DNA from: Candidatus Fraserbacteria bacterium
GTDB taxonomy: Bacteria > Bipolaricaulota > Bipolaricaulia > RBG-16-55-9 > JANLFV01
Assembly (NCBI GenBank): GCA_037446135.1
Contig: JBBIJD010000055.1
Coordinates: forward strand, 1 to 11,307
Length of the DNA stretch: 11,307 bases
Reading direction: 5' to 3'
Part shown: positions 1 through 6,405 of the stretch, one piece after another
How positions within the stretch are numbered: position 1 is the first letter of the stretch
How the letters are laid out: every line of letters begins with the position of its first letter
Translations under genes and position numbers: made by a program
Notes under the pieces: model-generated
What the model saw: the letters and a program-made list of their open reading frames with translations, nothing else
Told to the model about the DNA's origin: nothing
Databases searched by the model: none

Positions 1-346
1 GGTCGAGACGACCCTCCCTTTGATGCTCGATGCGGTCAATCGGGGTAAGCTCAGCCTAGCCCGCCTGATCGAGGCCTTCGCGGAGGAGCCAGCCCGGAGA
101 TTCGGCCTCAAGAGGAAAGGGCGGCTCGAGCTGAACTATGAGGCCGATCTAGTGGTCGTGGACCTGGCCCGCTGGGGCGAAGTGGTGCCCGAGGAGCTAT
201 TGACAAAATGCGGCTGGTCCCCCTATGAGGGGTTCGAGCTTCGCGGCTGGCCGGTCCTCACCCTCGTCCGCGGTGAGCCGGTCTACCGGGCCGCGGGTTT
301 CGCCCTCCCTGAGGGCTGGGGCGACTTTGACAACAGCGTTCGCTAG
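1..346 (+). CDS. pyrC: Dihydroorotase (amidohydrolase family), C-terminal part; 5' end lies outside the window
   Basis: Frame is open from position 2 (VETTLPLMLDAV...) to TAG at 344-346. Carries C-terminal cyclic amidohydrolase motifs: ETTLPL, PARRFGL, KGRLELNYEADLVVVD, TKCGWSPYEG, GWPVLTLVRG. Sits directly before pyrE. Allantoinase is not strictly excluded. Confidence 0.88.
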   Translation, partial: VETTLPLMLDAVNRGKLSLARLIEAFAEEPARRFGLKRKGRLELNYEADLVVVDLARWGEVVPEELLTKCGWSPYEGFELRGWPVLTLVRGEPVYRAAGFALPEGWGDFDNSVR

Positions 347-355
347 GGCTAGAGT
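327..355 (+). promoter_or_regulatory. Putative sigma-70 promoter for pyrE
   Basis: TTGACA (327-332), 17-nt spacer, TAGAGT (350-355). The -35 lies in the last pyrC codons. GGAG at 361-364 precedes ATG 370. Confidence 0.65.
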
Positions 356-369
356 GGGCCGGAGCAGAG

Positions 370-990
370 ATGGAGGGGATTGCGCGACTCCTCTTAGAGA
401 CCGGTTCGATCGTCATCGACCCGAGGAGGCCTTTTCGGCTCGTCTCGGGCCGACTCTCCCCGGTCTATGTCGACTGTCGGCGGCTCATCTCCTTCCCCAG
501 GGCCCGCGAGGCCGTTACGGAGGGGTTCGCCGAGCTGGTCGAGCGCGAGATCGGGCTAGAGGCGATAGATATGATCGCCGGTGGGGAGACAGCGGGGATC
601 CCCTTCGCGGCCTTCCTCGCTCAGCGGCTGGGGAAGCCGATGATCTATGTCCGGAAGGAGCCGAAGGGCTATGGCCGCGGGGGCCAGATCGAGGGGGTCC
701 TCGAGCCGGGCCAGCGGGTCTTGCTGGTCGAGGACCTCGTGACTGACGGGGGGAGTAAGCTCCGCTTCAAGGAGGGGGTCGAGCGGGCCGGGGGCGTGAT
801 GCGGGACTGTCTGACAGTCTTCGAGTATTTTTCGGAACGGGCCGGGCTCCGCCGGGCACGGGAGGCCCTCGCTGCTCAGGGACTGAGGCTCCATAGCCTC
901 ACCAATTGGGATGAGGTCCTCGAACTGGCCGCCGGGCGGTTCACACCGGACGAGCTGGCGGAGGTCCTGGCGTTCTTGAAGGAGTTCTGA
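370..990 (+). CDS. pyrE: Orotate phosphoribosyltransferase
   Basis: [35 protein letters not shown] flexible loop and PRPP-binding motif [13 protein letters not shown]; adjacent to pyrC. Confidence 0.96.
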   Translation: MEGIARLLLETGSIVIDPRRPFRLVSGRLSPVYVDCRRLISFPRAREAVTEGFAELVEREIGLEAIDMIAGGETAGIPFAAFLAQRLGKPMIYVRKEPKGYGRGGQIEGVLEPGQRVLLVEDLVTDGGSKLRFKEGVERAGGVMRDCLTVFEYFSERAGLRRAREALAAQGLRLHSLTNWDEVLELAAGRFTPDELAEVLAFLKEF

Positions 991-1024
991 CAACACTACC
1001 GCTGGGAGGGGGATTATAGCCTCG

Positions 1025-1897
1025 ATGGAACTGGAGGAGCCGGGGGAGGAGGGCGAGGTCGCGGCCCAGAGCCTGCTGGAGCGCTATCTCCAGGAGATCG
1101 GGCGGGTCCCGCTCCTCTCCGAGGCGGAGGAACGGGAACTGGCGAGGCGAGTCCGGGCGGGGGACGCTGCGGCCAAGGAACGGTTCATCAAGGCCAATCT
1201 CCGCCTCGTCGTCGCGATCGCTCGCCACTACGCTAGCTATGGTCTCCCCCTGCTCGACCTGATTCAGGAGGGGAACCTCGGGCTCCTCCGGGCCGTGGAG
1301 CGGTTCGAGCCGGAGAAGGGGTATAAATTCTCGACCTATGCCACCTGGTGGATAAGGCAGGCGATCGTCCGGGCTTTAGCGGAGCAGGGGCGGACGATCC
1401 GTCTCCCGGAGCACATCATCGAGCTGATCCTCAAGATCAATGAGGCTGAGGAGGGCTTCCTCCACGAGCATGGCCGCCGCCCCACGCTGGAGGAGCTGGC
1501 TGCGAAGCTAAACTTGCCGCTGGAGAAGGTCCGCCAGGCCAAGGAGGCCGCGGCCTATCCCCTCTCCCTGGAGGCCCCGCTTAGCGAGCGGGAGGAGGAG
1601 ACCCTAGGCGAGCTTCTCGGGGTCGAGGGCCCCTCCCCTCCGGAGGAGATCGCCCGCGAGCTCCTGGCGAGCGAGCTGGAGGAGTCCCTGAAGGAGCTGC
1701 CGGAGCGAGAGCGTGAGGTTCTGGAGCTGCGCTACGGCCTGAAGGGGAAGGAGCCGCTCACCCTGGAGGAGGTCGGCCAGCTCTTGGGGGTCTCGCGTGA
1801 GCGAGTCCGGCAGCTAGAGGCTCAGGCCCTCCAGCGGCTCCGCGACCCACGGATCCGTCGGAGACTGGAACGCTACCGCGATCGTGGCCGGACCTGA
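1025..1897 (+). CDS. RNA polymerase sigma-70 factor, RpoD/RpoS-like, without region 1.1 (group 2-like), 290 aa
   Basis: Region 1.2 ([20 protein letters not shown]), region 2 ([50 protein letters not shown]), region 3 ([23 protein letters not shown]), region 4 ([39 protein letters not shown]). Confidence 0.96.
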   Translation: MELEEPGEEGEVAAQSLLERYLQEIGRVPLLSEAEERELARRVRAGDAAAKERFIKANLRLVVAIARHYASYGLPLLDLIQEGNLGLLRAVERFEPEKGYKFSTYATWWIRQAIVRALAEQGRTIRLPEHIIELILKINEAEEGFLHEHGRRPTLEELAAKLNLPLEKVRQAKEAAAYPLSLEAPLSEREEETLGELLGVEGPSPPEEIARELLASELEESLKELPEREREVLELRYGLKGKEPLTLEEVGQLLGVSRERVRQLEAQALQRLRDPRIRRRLERYRDRGRT

Positions 1898-3170
1898 GCC
1901 TGAGCCGTTCGATTCCGCGACAAGGGCGGTCCGCGAGGTGGCGCTCGCCCTGACCGGTCGGGGGAGGGGCGTGCTCGAGCCCTACCCGCGGGGGGCCCGC
2001 CTGGCCCTCTGGCCCCTGCGGTTCCTCCCCGAGGCCCCGCGGCTCCGGGCGATCGAGTGGGGAATCTCGAGGGTCCTGGGCCGAGCGGAGCGCGAGGGCC
2101 TCAGGCTCGGGGCGCTCCCCAGATGGTGTGTCGCCCAGTATCCGCCGGGGAAGTATCCCGCGATCATCGTCGGCGCCCCGAGCGGTGGGATCGCCCACCT
2201 CGGGGGGCTCTTAGGGGCCCCCTTCCTGACGGCCTCGTTCCTCCTGAGTTTTCGCCACAAGATCGAGCCCGATGACCTCCAAAGCTACTGCCGGTTTGGA
2301 GCGGAGCTGGCCGAGCGACTGCTACAAGATGGGGAGGATTTCGAGGCGGTCAACCATTACGACCCTCTCCACGATCGGCCGCTGGTCAAGCAGGCCGACC
2401 TCCTGCGGTTCCGCCTGATCCGGCTCCCACGGGCCTATCGCGAATTCATCGAGGCGAACCTCGCCCCCGGCGGCTACCTGGTCCTGAGCGACTGTGCCTA
2501 CCCCTGGCCCCAGTTCCGGCTTGGCGAGCGGAGCTTCCTCCAGGTCGGCGGGCTCGGGGGCATGAGCCCCGAAGAGTTCCTCGCGCGATGGAGCCTGCCG
2601 CTCCCATTGGAGGAGCGGCCGGAGTCGGAGTGGGGCTGCCCTCCGGGGCTGGCAGAGGATGGGCGGCGCTTCGCTCGCGCGTTTGGCCTCCGGCTCCTCG
2701 AGCTCCGGTTCGCCCATCCTCAGGAGTCGAGCCCCCTGGCCTATCGGGCCTACCTCGCTGCCGGGGGGAAGAAGGATGAGCTGATGCTCGACTGCTTCAC
2801 CTACATCAGCCCGCTTACCAATAGCCTCACGGGGGTCCCCGCCCTCTGGCTCCCCTATAATGATCGGGGAAGCTTGGCCTTCGCGGGGCGCTTCCTCGAA
2901 GGGAAGAGCTTCCGGCGAATCTACCTGACGCTGGTCCCCTCATTCACCCGCGCGCCCGACGCGGTCGCCTTCGCGGAATGGGCCAAGCTCCTCGCCCCCC
3001 ATGGCCGGGTAGAGCCCCTCGGGCTCGACCCGCTGCGGTATCCGGCCGACCCCTGGGCGCCGTTCGCCTACAATTCGAGCCTCATCCAGCTCCGTGCTGG
3101 CTGCTCTCGGCGGCTCCGCCTCGCGCCCCAGGCCTTAGAGGGATTGACAAAGGAGCTAAGCCCCTGGTAG
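1884..3170 (+). CDS. Hypothetical soluble protein, 428 aa, enzyme-like
   Basis: Long ORF filling the gap between the sigma gene and the next promoter, with codon style like its neighbours. GTG start overlaps the sigma 3' end by 14 nt; exact start is uncertain because there is no clear RBS. No obvious TM helix. Confidence 0.85.
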   Translation: MAGPEPEPFDSATRAVREVALALTGRGRGVLEPYPRGARLALWPLRFLPEAPRLRAIEWGISRVLGRAEREGLRLGALPRWCVAQYPPGKYPAIIVGAPSGGIAHLGGLLGAPFLTASFLLSFRHKIEPDDLQSYCRFGAELAERLLQDGEDFEAVNHYDPLHDRPLVKQADLLRFRLIRLPRAYREFIEANLAPGGYLVLSDCAYPWPQFRLGERSFLQVGGLGGMSPEEFLARWSLPLPLEERPESEWGCPPGLAEDGRRFARAFGLRLLELRFAHPQESSPLAYRAYLAAGGKKDELMLDCFTYISPLTNSLTGVPALWLPYNDRGSLAFAGRFLEGKSFRRIYLTLVPSFTRAPDAVAFAEWAKLLAPHGRVEPLGLDPLRYPADPWAPFAYNSSLIQLRAGCSRRLRLAPQALEGLTKELSPW

Positions 3171-3173
3171 AAT
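3144..3173 (+). promoter_or_regulatory. Putative sigma-70 promoter with extended -10
   Basis: TTGACA (3144-3149), 18-nt spacer, TAGAAT (3168-3173) with TG at 3165-3166. Followed by RBS AAGGAGG (3185-3191) and ATG 3198. Confidence 0.75.
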
Positions 3174-3197
3174 GGAACTGCTTGAAGGAGGATCACC

Positions 3198-3506
3198 ATG
3201 GCCAAGGAAGGTAGGCGAGTCTGGCGTCCGAGTTTAATCCGGGCGCGGCTGGAGTGGAGGCTCTTGATCTCCCTCTTCTGTCTGGCCTACATCTTCTTCG
3301 CCGCGACCTTCATCTCGATCCGGCTCTGGCTTTGGGCCTCGGCCGCCCTCTGGGGACGGGCCCTCAAGTGGCGGGCGGCCCTCCGCAATGGCCCCTACGA
3401 GCGGCTCCTCCCGCGGTCGCTCCGCGAGCCGGGGGCTGAGGAACGGCTGACAGAGCTGATCCTGCGGAACCGGGAGATCCTCGAGAAGTATGGCTGGCTC
3501 CCTTAA
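3198..3506 (+). CDS. Small hypothetical membrane protein, 102 aa
   Basis: Strong RBS and own promoter. Basic N-terminus, hydrophobic segment LLISLFCLAYIFFAATFISIRLWLWASAALW, charged C-terminal tail. Confidence 0.8.
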   Translation: MAKEGRRVWRPSLIRARLEWRLLISLFCLAYIFFAATFISIRLWLWASAALWGRALKWRAALRNGPYERLLPRSLREPGAEERLTELILRNREILEKYGWLP

Positions 3507-3527
3507 GGGAAAGAAAGGAGGGGAAAG

Positions 3528-4091
3528 ATGGCCCGTGAGCGGATCCCGGACCTGTTGACCTTCTCGCGGCTCCCCCTGGGAGTGATCATCGCCCTCCAGG
3601 GGCTGGGAGGGCGACGCCAGGCGGGGACCGTCATGCTCCTCTTACTTCTCGGATGGTCGCTCGACTTCCTCGACGGGCGCCTCGCCCGCAAGTATAAAGA
3701 GGAGCCGGGCTGGATCGGTGGCTACGAGATCCTCTTCGACCTCGTCCTCTGCCTCGGCTCGCTCGCTTACCTCGGCCTAGCGGGGTTCATCCCTTGGCCA
3801 CTGGCCCTCGGCTACATCGCCTTCGCGGGGACCATCGCCGGGCTCGCCACGGCCATGAGCACTCCCGCTCGGACCTACTCCATCACCCAGGTCGTAGAGC
3901 TCCCGCTCATCTTCATCCCTCCGATCTTCCTCCTCCTCGCCTCCCCTTGGTGGGTCATCCTCATCACCTTCCTCTGGGCTCCTCTCTCGCTCCTCCTGGA
4001 GTGGGACCGGGCGATGGAGCTACGAGGGAAAGCCCTGGAGAGCCACCGCTCCGCCCTGGCTGGGATCTGGCGGTTCCTCAAGCGGAGCTGA
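3528..4091 (+). CDS. CDP-alcohol phosphatidyltransferase family membrane protein (divergent)
   Basis: RBS AAGGAGG. N-terminal IPDLLTFSR (cf. PNxLTxxR), signature DFLDGRLAR...G..E...D, and several hydrophobic helices. Confidence 0.85.
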   Translation: MARERIPDLLTFSRLPLGVIIALQGLGGRRQAGTVMLLLLLGWSLDFLDGRLARKYKEEPGWIGGYEILFDLVLCLGSLAYLGLAGFIPWPLALGYIAFAGTIAGLATAMSTPARTYSITQVVELPLIFIPPIFLLLASPWWVILITFLWAPLSLLLEWDRAMELRGKALESHRSALAGIWRFLKRS

Positions 4092-4101
4092 CCTAACTCG
4101 C

Positions 4102-4130
4102 TTGCGAGCCGGTCCGTGAGCCGGTAAGAT
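4102..4130 (+). promoter_or_regulatory. Putative sigma-70 promoter for the GNAT-ABC operon
   Basis: TTGCGA (4102-4107), 17-nt spacer, TAAGAT (4125-4130) in the intergenic gap; RBS GAGGAGG at 4142-4148. Confidence 0.6.
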
Positions 4131-4154
4131 CGGGCTACTTTGAGGAGGACCGCG

Positions 4155-4733
4155 GTGAGGAACCCCTTCCTAATCGGCGAACGGCTCTACTTGCGCCCAC
4201 TGGAGGAGGCGGACATCCCGAGCTGCCTCCGCTGGATCAATGACCCCGAGGTCACAAGGACGCTCGCAACCTTTCGCCCATGGAACGAACTTCGGGAGAG
4301 GGAGTGGTTCCAGGGGCTCTATAAGGACGATCGGAATATCATCCTGGCAATCGTTTTAAAGGGGGATGACAAGCATATCGGCAATATCGGCCTCCATGGC
4401 CTGGACTGGAAGAACCGCCAGGCGGAGCTGGGGATCATGATCGGGGAGAAGGACGAATGGGACAAGGGCTACGGGAGCGAGGCCATTAGGCTATTGCTCG
4501 GGTATGGCTTCGACCGGCTCGGTCTCCATCGGATCTACCTCCGGGTCTATGAGCACAACCCCCGGGCCCAGAAGTGCTATGAGAAGGCCGGGTTCCGTCG
4601 AGAAGGGGTGATGCGGGAATCGGTCTTCAATGAGGGGCGCTATTGGGATACGATCATCATGGGGATTCTCGACCGGGAGTGGCGAGAGCTTCGGGAGCTT
4701 CGCTCCACAATCCACAAAGGCGAACTGGCATGA
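4155..4733 (+). CDS. GNAT N-acetyltransferase, RimJ/RimL/SpeG-like
   Basis: GERLYLRPLE, HIGNIGL, AELGIMIGEKDEWDKGYGSEA (acetyl-CoA binding), LGLHRIYLRVYEHNPRAQKCYEKAGFRREG. Start moved from TTG 4140 to the in-frame GTG 4155, which follows the RBS GAGGAGG at 4142-4148. Confidence 0.92.
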   Translation: MRNPFLIGERLYLRPLEEADIPSCLRWINDPEVTRTLATFRPWNELREREWFQGLYKDDRNIILAIVLKGDDKHIGNIGLHGLDWKNRQAELGIMIGEKDEWDKGYGSEAIRLLLGYGFDRLGLHRIYLRVYEHNPRAQKCYEKAGFRREGVMRESVFNEGRYWDTIIMGILDREWRELRELRSTIHKGELA

Positions 4734-5653
4734 TCGTCACTGAGGGGCTGACGCGGAAATTTGGGGAGAGAGTGGCCGTCGCAGGGCTCGACCTGGAGGT
4801 CAAGGAGGGCGAGGTCTTCGGCTTCCTCGGGCCGAATGGGGCCGGAAAGACCACGACCGTGAGGATGCTCGCCGCGCTCATCGCCCCTACGAGCGGGCGG
4901 GCGATCGTCGCGGGGCATGAGCTCGGCAAGGAGAACCGGAAGATCCGCCAGGTCGTAGGGGTCCTCACCGAGAGCCCGGGGCTCTACGGGCGGCTCTCGG
5001 CCTACCAGAACCTCGAATTCTTTGCCAAACTTTATGGCGTCCGCGAGCGAGCCAAGCAGGTCGAGAAATACTTGAAGATGCTCGACCTCTGGGACCGGCG
5101 GGACGAGCCGGTCGGCCGATTCTCCAAGGGGTTGCAACAGAAGGTCGCGCTCGCACGGGCCCTCATCCATGAGCCAAGGGTCCTCTTTCTGGATGAGCCG
5201 ACCGCTGGGCTCGACCCCGAGGCGGCCAAGCTGGTCCGAGACTTCATCGAGGAGTTGGCAAAGGAGGAGCGAAGGACGATCTTCCTCTGCACTCATAACT
5301 TGAGCGAGGCCGAGCGGCTCTGCGACCGGATCGGGCTGATCAAGCAGCGCTTGATCAAGGTCGGGACCCCGGAAGAGCTGAAGGGCCAGCTCTATGGCCG
5401 CCGGACGGTCATCCAGCTCAAGGGCCTCCCCTCCGGGCTAGAGGGGGCGGTCCGCGAGCTCCCGTTCATCGAGGGCTTAGAGGTGGACGGGAATAAGCTC
5501 ATCGTGAGCCTGAAGGACCCTGAGGAGGAGAACCCGGCCCTGATCAAGAGGATCGTCGAGCTCGGCGGGGAGGTCCAATGGGTCCGGGAGATGGAGCACA
5601 CTTTGGAAGAGGTCTATCTCGAACTGGTGCGGGAGGGAGGCTCAGCCTCATGA
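4730..5653 (+). CDS. ABC transporter ATP-binding protein (ABC-2/DrrA-like exporter)
   Basis: Walker A GPNGAGKTT, signature FSKGLQQK, Walker B VLFLDEP, H-loop CTH. Start assigned to ATG 4730, an ATGA overlap with the GNAT stop. Confidence 0.95.
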   Translation: MIVTEGLTRKFGERVAVAGLDLEVKEGEVFGFLGPNGAGKTTTVRMLAALIAPTSGRAIVAGHELGKENRKIRQVVGVLTESPGLYGRLSAYQNLEFFAKLYGVRERAKQVEKYLKMLDLWDRRDEPVGRFSKGLQQKVALARALIHEPRVLFLDEPTAGLDPEAAKLVRDFIEELAKEERRTIFLCTHNLSEAERLCDRIGLIKQRLIKVGTPEELKGQLYGRRTVIQLKGLPSGLEGAVRELPFIEGLEVDGNKLIVSLKDPEEENPALIKRIVELGGEVQWVREMEHTLEEVYLELVREGGSAS

Positions 5654-6384
5654 TAAACTACCGCCTGCGGGCGCTGATGAAGAAGGAGTGGCAGGAGGCC
5701 TTCAAGAACAAGATGATCCTCTTCGGGATCATCATCTTGCCCCTCTTTTTCTTGGGTTTTGCCGCCTTCATGCTCCTGCAAGCCAAGGGTCTTCCGCCCG
5801 AGGCCCCGCCGGAGACGAGGTTCATCTTGATCAACCAGACGATGTTCTATTTCATACTCCTGCCGCTGATCATCCCCCTCTCGATCGCCGTTTATGCCGT
5901 AGTGGGGGAGAAGGAGCAGAAGAGCCTCGAGCCGCTCTTGGCCACACCGCTCACTGATCTTGAGCTCTTTGCTGGAAAGGTCTTGGCAGCGGCGATCCCA
6001 GGAATAGTGATAAGCTGGCTCTTCTTCGGGCTCTTCCTCGGAGTTGCCAGCCTGCTAGTCACCCCCGATCTGGTCTTGCTCGTCCTAACGCCTCCATGGC
6101 TCCTGGCGATCTTCCTCCTCTCCCCACTGGTGGCCATCTTTACGGTCACGGTCTCGATGCTCATCTCCTCGAGGATGAGCGACACCCGGGCTGCGTATCA
6201 GCTCTCGAGCTTCGCCGTCCTCCCCGTGGTCATCCCGATCTTCATCTTCGGCTTGAAGGAGGCACTGCTGAGCCTTTGGCTGATCGCCCTGGAGGCGGGG
6301 ATCGTGGCCCTGGTCGATGTGGGCCTATTGCTCCTGGCGGCCAAGCTCTTCCAGCGGGAGCAGATCCTCGTCCGGTGGAAGTGA
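5650..6384 (+). CDS. ABC-2 type transporter permease
   Basis: ALMKKEW N-terminus, VVGEKEQKSLEPLLATPLTDLELFAGK motif, about six hydrophobic helices. Start assigned to ATG 5650 (ATGA overlap; RBS GGAGGGAGG at 5632-5640). Confidence 0.93.
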   Translation: MINYRLRALMKKEWQEAFKNKMILFGIIILPLFFLGFAAFMLLQAKGLPPEAPPETRFILINQTMFYFILLPLIIPLSIAVYAVVGEKEQKSLEPLLATPLTDLELFAGKVLAAAIPGIVISWLFFGLFLGVASLLVTPDLVLLVLTPPWLLAIFLLSPLVAIFTVTVSMLISSRMSDTRAAYQLSSFAVLPVVIPIFIFGLKEALLSLWLIALEAGIVALVDVGLLLLAAKLFQREQILVRWK

Positions 6385-6405
6385 ATCAACCGAGGAGGGC
6401 TGAAG

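Noticed and set aside
200..229. TTGACA-18-TATGAG inside pyrC
   Set aside because: Falls in the conserved LTKCGWSPYEG coding motif, lacks the final T of the -10 and is far from a start codon; the 327-355 candidate fits better.
970..1024. Possible premature stop or readthrough at the pyrE TGA, since some homologues have a slightly longer tail
   Set aside because: All catalytic motifs lie well upstream, the sequence after TGA does not clearly resemble a PyrE tail, and no recoding signal is evident.
2856..2861. TATAAT inside the 428-aa ORF
   Set aside because: Explained by Tyr-Asn codons; no -35 or extended -10 and no nearby start.
4643..4729. Longer N-termini in the ORF track for the ABC ATPase (4643), permease (5578) and GNAT (4140)
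   Set aside because: The ATPase and permease extensions overlap upstream genes, and the GNAT one overlaps its own RBS. ATGA overlaps and RBS positions support starts at 4730, 5650 and 4155.
4640..5296. 218-aa minus-strand ORF and other short ORFs overlapping assigned genes (e.g. 225-746, 556-996, 1758-2198, 6096-6539)
   Set aside because: Shadow ORFs of well-supported + strand genes, with low-complexity Arg/Pro/Gly-rich or antisense-type composition and no family motifs.
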